Below, in pieces: positions 21,826 through 35,138 of a DNA stretch of 64,000 nt. The stretch spans positions 57,846,001-57,910,000 of the forward strand of contig OX597817.1 in NCBI GenBank assembly GCA_951406725.2. Reading direction: 5' to 3'. The notes beneath the pieces are model-generated. The model saw only the letters and a list, made by a program, of their open reading frames with translations, searched no databases and had not been told where the DNA came from. Positions within the stretch are counted from its first letter, which is position 1, and each line of letters begins with the position of its first letter. This DNA is from Octopus vulgaris (lineage: Eukaryota). The translations under genes and the position numbers were made by a program.

Positions 21826-24800
21826 GAGCCTGGTGCAGCCTTCTGGCTTCCCAGATCCCCGGTCGAACCGTCCAACCCATGCTAGCATGGAGAACGGACG
21901 TTAAACGATGATGATGATGATAATATATATATTTAATATTTTATCTAGTTTCAGCTCACGAGCTGGTGGCCATGCTGGGGTACTGCCATTCTATATAAGT
22001 ATAGATATTTATTATTGTTTATTTCATATGCACCTCCCCTGTTGGTGTGGCTTAAAGAAATCAATTTTGCTTTTTAACATGGATTGAAGGACTATATTTT
22101 GCTCCTAATTTTCATTCCCCAACAGATTTACAAAGTGTACTGGGTGTTGGGAAGGGCATCAAAGAGTAGAAACAAAGCACTCCTTGCAAAGATCCACTAG
22201 GGTTTGTGCAGGCCTCCTGCAGCCTGGTCATGTAATTATACACACAAACAACAGAATACAAACACTATGGTGGAAATGGTTAACACCTGTAGGACTCTTG
22301 AGGAAACTTATGGAAGGAGTGAAGGGAAACATGATATTGGGTGGCAGGTGGGAGACAGTTTAGTTTCTTTTTAATTCTAAACAAGGCAGTGGTTTGTTGC
22401 ATAAATATGGTGAATGGTTCAAAGAAGAGCATATGCATGTGTATGAGTGTGTCTGTGTGTGTGTATGTACACAAATATATGCAGGCACATATACACACAT
22501 CTCTCGGAGACCCTTTGCTGTGCTTGAGGAGACCTACTTAGTCAGGTACATCAACATCAACATCAAATCAAATCAAATGGAAATTGTAATTGTGAGCTCC
22601 GTGCCGGTAGCATGTAAAAAGCACCATCCGAACGTGGCCGATGCCAGTGCCACTTTGACTGGCTTTCATGCCGGTGGCACATAAAAAGCACCATCCGATC
22701 ATGGTTGATGCCAGCTCCTCTGCCCCCTGTGCCAGTGGCATGTAAAAAAAAACAACTACACTCTCAGAGTAGTTGGCATTAGGAAGGGCATCCAGCTGTA
22801 GAAACTCTGCCAGATCAAATTGGGGCCTGGTGCAGCCTTCTGGCTTCCCAGACCCCAGTCGAACCGATGATGATGATGATATGTATGTTGCATGAGCATG
22901 TATACAGAGCAACAATGTTGTTCCACATCCTTTAGATTAAATCACAGACATTCCACACAACATTCTTGAAATTACCGATTTGAACACTAGATCAAACATG
23001 TTTACACACACACACACACACCCACAAAGTAAAAGAACTTCTAAGAAGAGGGTTTAAATGTCTAGAGATGACAAAACTCTACAATGTTTTGACATTAAAG
23101 AACCAAGTTGTTTTATAACAAAAAAATATAACAAAAAATATACAAGGATATATGTAAGTGTGTGTGTGTGTATAAATATATATGCATGACTAAATCTTTA
23201 AGTAGATTCATATGAGTAAGTGTATGATTAAGCATATATATATATATATATTCTTTTATTTGTTTCAGTCATTTTGACTGTGGCCATGCAGGAGCACCGT
23301 TTTTAGTCGAACAAATCAACCCCAGGACTTATTCTTTGTAAGCCCAGTACTTATTCTATCAGTCTCTTTTGCTGAACTGCTGAGTTACGGGGATGTGAGC
23401 TCACCAGCATAAGTTGTCAAGCAATGGTGTGGGGGACAAACACTATCACAAATACACACACACATATATATACATATATATGTCAAGCTTCTTTCAGTTT
23501 CTATCTACCAAATCCACTCACAAGGCTTTGGTTGGTTCAAGGCTAAAGTAGAAGACACTTGCCCAAGGTGCCACACAGTGGGACTGAACCATGGACCATG
23601 TGGTTGGTAAGCAAGCTACTTACCACACAGCCACTCCTGAGCCAACACACACACACACACATTGTTAAGGCTGTTACTTTCAAGTGAGAAGACTTGGTAA
23701 CAAGTATAAAGCATTTGCTGTCTTAGCCCCTCACACCCTTGGCCCTGCCATGTTTGAACCAGGAAGTGCATCCAGGATGTGACAGCTAGAAAGAGAGAGG
23801 ACTCTATTGGCCCTCAGCTGGTGCTCATTTCCACTGAGTAGGCTGGAGTAAAGTGAAATGTCTTGCTCTGCTCAAGGAGACATGTCTGGTGCAGGAATTG
23901 AACCCACAGCCTGATGACTCTGTACCCAAATAACTTAACCACTGTGTCGTGTGTGTGTGTGTGTTCTGTGTCGCATGTAACTATGTATGTGAGTATGTAC
24001 TGACAAAGCAACTAAATTTTATTAACGAAAACAATTCCACGAGGAACGGTAACGCCTCTTTCCAAGAATTAAAACCACAGACACACATCCATATGCATAT
24101 ACACACATCTGTATACATCACATACACACACACACGTACATATATGTGCAGTGTACAGGTAAGCACAGAGACACACATCAATATATTGATATATAAAGGA
24201 CATAGAAAAACATATCGATAAATGTAGAAACACACATACACACACATCAACAAACTGACTCATACACAATATCCACACACACACATTGTTGACAATGCAG
24301 TTACATACATACAGATAGATGTGTGTGTGTGTGTCTATACATTGCTGATAATACAATTCCACACACATGCCATTCCAGTGACCACTTTCTTCAAGGTGAA
24401 CAGTAAACAGACATAGAAATAAATTTACAAAAACAAAACAGCGATATCTATGCGTACACACACACATACACATACCCATCCAAGTACATCAGAAGGTAAT
24501 TTAGTGTAAGTGGTGGACAGCAAACACACACACATACACACACACCAGGAAAATGATTTGATCAAGGTTAGCAACACACACAAACACACACGCATGGAAT
24601 CAGACACACATAATCACAAAGTCAAACAGCACACACACACACACATACACACAAATACATACATAGAGACACAGTGTGTGCAGATATGTACAGACATAGA
24701 AACTAGGAAAAGACATTTAGTGAAGGTGAAACAGCAACAACATCCAAGAAATGATAGACTGTTACTAATGGCAACGCTCCATCTTGCTCAGCTGGCTGGC

Positions 24801-26610
24801 TGGCTGGCTTGGCCGGCTGGTCGGGCTGCACTCTGCGCAGAGAGGATCAATACTGCATACTCTTGCAACAGAAGCATCCCTGGCGATGCGTGTACACACA
24901 CACACACACACACACACTGACAGCTGCTGTCTTGTCAAGCAACAGGTACAACAACCAGGCAGATGTTAAGTTCACACACCTTGTTGTCTACAGCCATACA
25001 AGCAGCTGGTGGTAGCAGTGGTGGCGATGGCAGCGGTGGTGGAGGAGAGAAACATCGCGTTCATTCCGACATTTCCTCTGAATGCCAACTGGAGATGGAG
25101 ATTTTACACAGATATATATATACATATAAAATTTGCCTCAATAAACTTTGTCCGACTCATGCAAGCGAAGAAAGGCGGACATTAGAACAATGATGATGAT
25201 TGTGTGTGTGTGTAGTTATATATATATATTTTTGTATAAATGTCCACTTTTCCAAACTTGTTTGGTGTAGAGTTTTACAGAGGGTGATTTTCTATGGCTG
25301 GATGCCTTCCTGCTGCCAACCCTTACCTCTTTCCATGTAAGGTAATATTTCCTCATTGCCAGATATGATCCCACAGAATATTGGAAATGATGTTCATATA
25401 TATTTATACACATACATACATACATACATACATAGCAGGCTTCTTTCAGTTTCCCTCTACCAAATCCGCTTACAAGGCTTTGGTCTGCCTGTAACTAAAG
25501 TAGACAACACATGGCTCTAAGATGCCACACAATGGGACCAAAAACTAAACCATGTGGTACAGAAACAAACTTGTCAACTACATGGCCCCCACCTACATGC
25601 CACATTTACATGTGCACACACACACACACATATACCTCCCTGTGAACCCTATATTATTGTACCTAACCATTTCTGGCCCCCTACATGTTGATGTGCCTTG
25701 ATTCTAATGAATCCTATAACTCATCAATGTATACATTGTTATTCATCATCATTGTTTAACATCCACTTTCCATCCTGGCATGGGTGGGATGGTTTGACAG
25801 GGGCCGGCCAGGCAGAACCCTGCACCAGATTTCTGTGACAAATTAGATTTGTATTTATATTCTGCTAAATTCCAGACACCAGCTTTATAATAAAAATGTT
25901 AAGTACTTTATTAATTCTCCCCAGACAGCTTATTTTATTATAAAAATGGTCAAGAAAGGCTTAAAACTAAAAAATTTAAATTCCCAGTGGACAGAGCAGA
26001 ATGGGTCAGAGCATTGGCCAAAAGGTTACACTGTTTTATGGTCCGAGTTGAAGTTCTACCCAGGTTAATTTTTACCGTTCAACCTTGAAAGGTAGAACAT
26101 AAATCAATAGTGTTGACGATACTTTCAAAGCTGGTGCTCCAGCCTGGCCCCGGTCATTGCACTGGGGCCAATACAAGAATTAAAAGAGATGTTTCCTTAA
26201 AATGAAATTTAAAATATAAATAAATAAAGATAAATACAATTAAATTTGTATTAAAAACCAAAAATAGAAACAAATTTTTGTTTTTTCAATTGAATCAGAT
26301 TTCAATTTCATTGTTTTAGACTGAATTTTAAATGGATTTTCAATTCCAATTTATATTTTTGGAACATTTCTGCTCAATTCATCTCATTATTTAAATTTAC
26401 TTTAGTAAAATATCTTGGCTTTATCATATTTAATATTAAAAAAAACTGCAAAATAACAAATAATATATATATATATATTATATCACATTTAAATATCATG
26501 GTCTAGTTAATGAAACACCAAATCATTAACTAGAAATTATTTCAAATAAAAAAAAACCCAGAAAAATAATAGTCAGAGACTTATAATAATTTGGAAAACA
26601 TGGGAGACAA

Positions 26611-26652
26611 CTTTGAACATGTTTTGGTCTTGTTCTGACTTCATCAGCAAAA
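26611..26652 (-). ncRNA. Degenerate minimal hammerhead ribozyme
   Basis: Minus strand reads UUUG CUGAUGA AGUC agaacaa GACC AAAA CAUGUU CAAA. Palindromic stem III AACAUGUU; GAAA has mutated to AAAA. Confidence 0.55.
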
Positions 26653-29600
26653 CAAACATCAGAGAACATTCTCTATCATGCAGGAGATTATCTTCACATG
26701 ATAATTACACTCCATATTTTAGTATGATATGTATGTCTCTATATCTTAGAGTCAGATCAAAACTGAATGAATGATCATAGCTGAAGTGTGTTCATTCAGT
26801 GACGGTAGAGGTGGAGGTTGATTTTATGGAAGAGGCTGTGATTCACGTGATATTTTTTTTTTGCGTATTTCTGTGAGGAGAGAGGAGGAGGTCCTCTAAT
26901 CATCAGAAGAAGGCAGCTGGTGAAAGAACAGCAGCTGATATGAAAGAGGGGAGCCGGAAGATGGGGTGGAGAGAGGGGAAGAAATGGAAAACTGCATTAA
27001 AAAATCACACAGACACACACATACAAATACACAGAGGCATCTAGAAAAATCACACGTGCATCCCCTACCACCATACACACGTACTTACAAGCAGAAATTA
27101 ATCAGTTAAAATATTCCTATAGAAAATAATTTAATGGAAGAATTATTTTCAACATGAAGGAAAAGAGTTATTGTGATGTAAAGAGTCTTTGTGTCGACTG
27201 TGACAGGGTGACACACGTGAGACATTAGCGACTCATAAGGAGACAGTGGGGGTGGGGGACAGTAACCCTTGGTAGTGGGGGAATGGGTGACAATGGACAT
27301 TGTAGCATATAGAAGTGGTGGACAGTGGGTATTGGGTTTGTGTGTGTTCGTCATCATTGTTTAACATCCACCTTCCATGCTGGCATGGGTGGAACGGTTT
27401 GACAGGACCCGGCCAGGCAGGAGCCTGCCCCAGACTTCTGCGACTGTTTTGGCAGGATTTTTACAGTTTGGATGCCCTTCCTAACACCAACCAGCAGGGT
27501 GGACTTAGAACATTTTATGTGGTGCATGCACATGTGAGGTCAGTTTTGGCAAGGTTTTTACACCTGGATCCCCTTCCAAACACTAACCACTTTACAGTGT
27601 GGACTGGATACTCTTTTATGTGGCCCCTGCACCAACAGGGTAACCAAGTACCTTGCAAGATAAAGATAAAACAAAGTAAAAAAAAGAGGGTGGGGTGATT
27701 CTTCTTGTAATGTGTAGCATGGTAGTACTCAGCCACTGATGAAAGTCTCCACATCTCCACAGCACAGTAGACTTTGCAGAAGTGGACAATGGACACAAAG
27801 CGACGAGTTCATTTTGGGGGACGGCTACCAAAGTAGCATTGCATGACAAACAAACAACACCAATAATAATAATTTGTACAATTGGTAGAAGGCCTGAATT
27901 TTGGTGTGTGTGTGTGGGGGGGGGGGAGACTTAGTCAATTACATCAACCCCCAGTTCTTGACTGGGACTTATTTTATCAACATGGAAGGCAAAGCTGACT
28001 TCAGCGGAAATTGAAATTAGAACATAAAGATGGAGGAGATGCCGCTAAGCATTTTTCCTGGTGATGATTCTGCCAGCTTTCTACATCATCATCATCGTTT
28101 AACGTCCGTTTTCCATGCTAGCATGTGTTGGACGGTTTGACCAGGGTCTGGGAAGCCAGGAGGCTGCACCAGGCTCCAGTCTGATCTGGCAGTGTTTCTA
28201 TGGCTGGATGCCCTTCCTAATACCAACCACTCCGAGTGTGTAGTGGGTGCTTTTTATGTGCCACCAGCATGGAAGCCAGTCAAAGTGGCGCTGGCATAAA
28301 GGCGCCAGGTACTTTTACTTTTCTACCTTCAATAAAAAGCAATAATAATGCAGTGTGGCATTTGACCAATTCTAGAGAGGAGTTGAGCCATGAGGATATC
28401 TTTATATTGTCACACAGCCATCAAGAAATAGCAGCCAAATCACATCCTATCATTTGAAAGAAGGACACACATTGGATAATATAATCTGGGGATAAAGTCA
28501 AGAATACATTTTATTTGGGGGTGGAAAGATGGGATTATCATAGCTGGAATGCCAGGATATAGGGGGTCTGGTTTGTTAGAACAGATCTGAGGTTAAGCAA
28601 CTATAAATGAATGCAACAATGAAAGTGAATGTGATACACTCACATCATCATCATCATCTTCATTTAATGTCTGTTTTCCATGCTGGCATGGATTGGACAG
28701 TTTAACAAAATCCAATCAGCCCCAAAGCTGCGTTGAGCTCTAATGTCAGCTTTGGCATGGCCCCTGTGGCTAGATGCCCTTCCCAATGCCAACCACTTTA
28801 CAGTGCACACTGAGTGCATATTTCATGCGCTGGCGCTAGTGACTTCAAGATAAGAAACAGTGCTCCACTTCAACTGTAGGGGAGGGGTATTTGAATGGGT
28901 TGTGGTTTTGTACCAGGTGTTGAAGGGCTAAAGTATAATAGAGGGACAAGCATCAACTTCTTGCTATAGAGAGGATACACGACACCCTAACCCCTATGTT
29001 ATATAAGGGTGGGTGAGAGTAGCTAGAAGCCAGACATACATCATCAAACCATTTAGTAGTCCTTTGTTACTTTCCCACCCCCCAGACCCCTTGACATCTA
29101 ATCATCAAGCAATTCCTGAAATTAAGGTTATATTAAAGGGACAGATGAAAGGAGCAGCAGCAGACAAGGGCTTTGAATTGAGGATGAGGGGGAACCAAAC
29201 AGGAAATGGAGGGGACAGAGCTTGAACCTTACCACTTAGACAACAATAGAGGATAGACGCTGTAGGGGTGATGGTCATATGTGTGTATGTGATGTGGTGT
29301 TGAAGGTCAGCTGAAAGTGCAGATTCTTCAAAAGCATTTCCGCTTCCATCATCCTGTCTTTTCATAGACATTCCACCATATTTGTCCAATGCGACCTTCC
29401 ATTTTTCTTTCTTTTGTTTATTTTTTGAAAACCTTTAAGGATTTGATCTGAGGATCTTGACTTGTTTCTAACAGATTGGATGGCCATGTATAGACCCCTT
29501 TGTCGACTTACTGAAGGTGAATTTTTTGGTGACCCCATGTGTTAAAAGAGGTGGTGGTGTTGTCCACGGACTGTTTGTGTGTTTATATAAATAGCATGTA

Positions 29601-32140
29601 AAATATTGGGTGAAAAACCTTTTTCAAAAAAAAAAAGTTCTCTAGTTAAAAAAACTATTTCACATCCCTCAGAGTCCCTAAATTCTAAATTCTTATATAT
29701 GTCTGCCTGTACACATGCATGTACGTATCCTCATCATCATCATTTAACACCCACTTTCCATGCTAGCATGGGTGGAATGGTTTGACAAGACCCTGCCAGG
29801 CAGAACCCTGCACCAAACTCCTGCAACTGTTTTGGCAGGATTTTTACATCTGAATGCTCTTCCAAATGCCAACAACTTTACAATGTGGACTGGTACTATT
29901 TAAGTGGCACCTGCACTAACAGGGTCACCAAGTACCTTGTAAGACAAAAAAAAAATGTACATATGCATGTATATATATATGTATATACTTATGCATGTAT
30001 GTATGTATATATGTGTTGTTTAATCTCCAGACCTGCACTAATAGAGCAGACAAACCGTTATCATTGGAAGGCCACTCAAGCCATGACAATACCCTCCTTT
30101 ATTCTGGAATAGTCTACCCAGACTACATTATCTAATTTGCTCTTTTTTAAGATGGTAGGCAGAATGTGGTTTGAAGGAGATTTGGCTGTTATTTCTAGAA
30201 GGTCTAGCAACCATGTAGAGGTACCCTTACTGGGCTGTGACATGAATGATGCACCAAGAACAATCACTAATTACCAATTGTAATTAGTATATAATTACAT
30301 TTTATTAGCTCGCACTCTTTAACATGTCACCTCCACCATTATCACCACCACCACCACCAAGGTTAACTTCGCCAGTACCATGTTCCATTGCAAACCATTT
30401 ACTAGTCACCACAACCATAAGAATGCTCAGGAATAGCAACAACATCAGGTTCAGTGCCACCACAACTAACCATTCACCACCACCACCACCAGTTTAGGAA
30501 AATCTGACCTAAATTGCTGGACAAATTATCACTCTCTTGCTCTTTCTCTTCCACATACAGAATAAAATCTATGTTGTAACCCCTGTTCCCTGCAATTCCC
30601 TCCCATTCTGCCATCAATGATGACATTTCAATGTGACCTTTTCTAGCTGGTACAATAGGAATATCTAATTATCTTGAGACAGAGAATGGACAGCAGGGAG
30701 GGGCAGGAAAGAGAGAGGGAGCATGTGTCTGTATCCCAGGCCATTCACCACAATGTATAGTGGAGATGATAGTGTGGCATTTGTGTGTATGTGTGCATGT
30801 GTGTGTGTCTATATATACATATATATATATATACATACACACATACATACATACATACATACACACATACATACATACATACATTTGCAAACACATATAC
30901 ACACACATCTGAATGCCAGAGAGAGAGAGAGAGAGAGAGAGTGTTTGTTTCCAGTAGAGATAACTGAAGGTATGTATGAAGAGGCAAAATGTAACTGAAT
31001 CAGTGGAGGGACAGATTTGCGCGCGTGTGTATATTAGCATGGGGGTGTGTGAGAGAATTAGGGGGTGTGTCTTTGTGAAGAAACAGAGTTGTAGAGAGTA
31101 GGAAGTTTGTCAGTGTGTGTGTGTGTGTAGGGTGGGGTGGGGGGTAGAGATGCTAGCATAGTGAATATTCCTGTAATTACTAATCAAGTAAACTGTAGTT
31201 GATTGCCCTTGTTTACGGCACCCTCCCCTCCACCTCACTCACTCCCATCTGGATGAGGAGGGGGAGGAGTGAATGAAAGAAAAAAAAGGGGGAAAGATAA
31301 TTTGTAGTGAGGAATAAAACTACAGAATCAACCCCCCCCCCCCCCCGCCACCATCAGAATAGAAGACAACTTCACACAGAACCCCCACCACCAGCTCCAC
31401 CCAACTCTCCATGGTTAAACTCTGAAGAAACTAAGATGGAGGTGGGGGCGGGGGGAAAGGCAATTAGGATGCAGAGTGATGATGATGCTCATGTCTTTTA
31501 TCACAAACATGTCTACTACAGGCAAAAGTCAAAAATATTTCAGAGATTGGTGTGAAAAAAAGGTGAAACATTTAAAGGTTGATCCACACATACACACACG
31601 TGTGTGTGTGTGTGTGCGTGTCCCTGTCCCACCACTGCTTGACAACTACTGTTGGTTTGTTCACATCCCCTGTAACTTAGCAGTTTGGCAAAAAAGGCTA
31701 ATGGAATAAGTACTGGACTTAAACGATAAGTAATAAGGGCTGATTTCTTTGATTAAGTCCTTCAATGAGGTGCTCCAGCATGGCAGCAGCCCGATGACAG
31801 AAGCAAGTAAAAGATGACGTATCACACTCACAGACTGTCTGTGAGAGTTTACACTTCATTGTTGAATAACACAGGTGTGGTAAAGTTTATATAGAATGCA
31901 TTTTTTTTATTGTCTTGCAAAGTACTTGGTGACCCTGTTAGTGCAGGTTCCACTTAAATGCAACCAGTCCACACTGTAAAGTGGTTGGCATTTGGAAGGG
32001 AATCCAGCTGTAGAAACCATGCCAAAACTGACCTCGCCTGCGCTGGTGCCACTTAAAAAGCACTGAGTCCACTCTGCTGAGTGTTTGGTGTTAGGAAGGG
32101 CATCCAGCTGGAAAAATCCTGCCAAAACAGTCACAGAAGT

Positions 32141-32351
32141 TGTTGTTGTTGTTAAGCAACAAGACGGGTAAGGGTGATTAGGTGATGGTCTAGGGCTTAG
32201 GGGTGGGAGACCCCCAGACCTTGGGGGGAAAAACAAAATCTTTGGTCGTCTTGTAGTCGAGGGATCTTCGTTGACGCCCAACACCACTGGGAGGTGGCCC
32301 TCAAAATCGCTGGAAATGGAGATCTCCAGGTCCAAATTTTTGAACGGCATT
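32141..32351 (-). mobile_element. 211-bp 5'-truncated retro-insertion with (CAA)n tail and 8-bp TSD inside a family C repeat
   Basis: ACAGAAGT duplicated at 32133-32140 and 32352-32359; (TTG)n at the left end. The host repeat resumes seamlessly on both sides. Confidence 0.7.
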
Positions 32352-34508
32352 ACAGAAGTCTGGTGCCAGCTTCTGCCTGTCTGACTCTTGTCAAACCGTC
32401 CCACCCATGCCAGCATGGAAGGCGGATGTTGAACGATGATGATGGTGATGGTGAATTGTGTATGAAAGGGTGGCATGTAAAGTTATGACACCTGCATGGA
32501 TGGCGACAATATTCATAATAGGTGAAGCACAGTGTCTCAGAATCAAGCCAGAAATCCAAACAACACTGTTAAACTGCAGGGGGGGGGGGGAACTTATATG
32601 AAAGCAGTTTTGACCTGCTTTCTGCGTCTGTTGGAGGTGTGCAAGGGTGGACATTACATAAAATATTTTTCCAGGCTTTCTTCTTGTAATCTTATCTAAT
32701 CGCTGCATTGGTTGTTATTGAGATCACATCAAATATTTACAGGTTAACTTGGTAATCTTAACCTAATTGATTTTGTTCTTGTCTGACTGAGCAGACCTGA
32801 ATCAAAGAAAGCTTTTCTAGCTCTCACCATTTATAATAACAGTGTATGACTTGGGGGAACTTTGACTTAATACATTACTCCTTATATCAGTTGTAATGGC
32901 AGGTATTTTATTATCAGTTCAGCAAAGAAACTTATCTTATTTCCCAAATGTTATCAAAGCAGGCAGAGCTGTGTAGTTAAGATGTTCACTTTGTAACCAT
33001 GTAGGTTTAAGTTCAGTCCCACCGTGCAGTACTTTCAGCAAATGTTATCTACTATAGCCCTGGGCTGACCAATGCCTTTTGAATTGATTTGGTAGATGGA
33101 AACTGTGTGAAAGGCCATCAGATGTGTGCGTGTGGGCCCTGAAATATTGTACAGGTTCAATGACTGGCCTCATAAAGAATAGAATTTCTGTGCCTGACAA
33201 ACTCTAACTCTGCCTCCTTAGTCAAAAACATCTTCAAACTAAATTCAAATGTTTCAGCATTGATTTGCCCCCCACCCCTGGAGGAGTCCCCCTTCGGTCA
33301 TGAATGACCATAGGATTGCACCTAGAAAGTTATCCTGTGAGGCACAAGTCAGGGCAAGATTGATTGTGGAACGCTAGTAGTTGCCCATGCAAACCAGCCT
33401 CCCCTCTCTACACCACTGATGTTATCCAAGGGCCGATACAGCTTGGCACCAGTGATGTCACAACTCATTTCTACAGTTGAGTGAACTGGAGCAATGTGAA
33501 ATAAAGTGTCTTGCTCAAGAACACAACACACAGCCCGGTCTGGGAATCGAACTCACAACCTCATGATTGTAAGTTCTACGCTCTAAACACTGATCCATGC
33601 GCCTTCACATCCCCCCTCCCTACCGACCAGCTAACTCCATCATCATCATCATTATTATGTCGTACACACTGAAACATTGCCATTGGTCTGTTGCACTATC
33701 AGCTTTTCCTATCAATGCTCCTGAGACTGCAACAGTAGGGGAATGTCACCATGTTTATTCTCTCAATCAAGAGACGTGCTCATCATACTATGTATTAGTC
33801 CTGTATTAGTTGCATTGTAGTGCATTGGGTCATGTAGCAAAGGGGGGATTTAATGGGTATTCTATCAAGGGCCACAACCAATATGGGAATTTGTCATGCA
33901 CCTAGTGTACCCACTTCCATCTTCACCATGTCCTCCTCCTCCTTCAAGGAATGTAACTGTAAGATCTCCCTACAGCAAAATACCTGTTCCTGCCCCTCTG
34001 TTTCAAAGCCACCTCCCTCAATACTTGTCTCCTATTCAGTTGAGGAGTCTTGCCTTGCAAGTTACATGCTGACCTTAACTGGTGCTGGTACCACGTAAAA
34101 AGCATCCAGTACTCTGTAAAGTGGTTGGTGTTAGGAAAGGCATTCAGCCATAGAATGCCATGCCAAAACAGACAGCAGAGCTTGGTACAGTTCTCTGTCT
34201 CACCAGCTCCTCTTCAACCATCCATCCCATTCCAGCATGGAACATGGAACATTTGACGATGATAACAGTTTAGGCCACTTTACATATCTTGTAACCAAAA
34301 GTTTCTTTCCCAAAGACAACTTTCATTTAAGGGCGACTGGTGGTGAAAACTCTTATAAACCTCGTTTTATTTTGTCCATAAAGTTATGTTGCATGTAAAG
34401 ATACTGTCAATCATGATGCCTATCTCTATCCATCTATGCTTATTCATATATCTAGCCATCTATCAGTATATCCAGCTATTTCTATCTTCCAATATATATA
34501 TATACATA

Positions 34509-35057
34509 CGAGGGTTCGTCAAAAAGTAATGCCATTTTATTTAGGACAGGTATAATTACCAGCACAGGAACATATATCATACATCAAAATGAAGCTGGTC
34601 CTCTGTGGATCACATCCCTACTTCTCAACATAGTCACCGTTTCTCTCAATAGCAATGTTCCACCTTCGAATAAAAGCATGTATCCCTGCCCTGTAAAATT
34701 CTGTTGACTGTTCTTTGAGCCACTTCTTCACTACAGTTTTCACTTCCTCATCACTGGAGTATCATCTCTTTGGCTCCATGAAAGAGGGTTTGAGAGGCAA
34801 ACATTATTCCAGCGACGAGGAATTGGAAACTGTGGTGAAGAAGTGACTCGAAGAACAGTCAACAGAATTTTATGGGGCAGGGATACATGCTCTCATTCGA
34901 AGGTGGAACATTGCTATTAAAAGAAACGGTGACTATGTTGAGAAGTAGGGATGTGATCCACAGAGGACCAGCTTCATTTTGATGTATGATATATGTTCCT
35001 GTGTTGGTAATTATACCTGTCCTAAACAAAATGCCATTACTTTTTGACTCACCCTCA
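34509..35057. mobile_element. Fold-back mariner MITE composed of two inverted transposon 3' ends
   Basis: Arms ~34509-34760 and ~34803-35057 are reverse complements. TIR CGAGGGTTCGTCAAAAAGTAATG follows TA. Spacer plus right arm read YHLFGSMKEGLRGKHYSSDEELETVVKK*LEEQSTEFYGAGIHALIRRWNIAIKRNGDYVEK*, a mariner C-terminus. Confidence 0.92.
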
Positions 35058-35079
35058 TGTATATATTTATATATATTTA

Positions 35080-35138
<59 letters not shown>

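Noticed and set aside
27732-27786. CTGATGA followed by AAGTCT/AGACTT stem
   Set aside because: No GAAA or stem III after the stem; at best a heavily decayed remnant.
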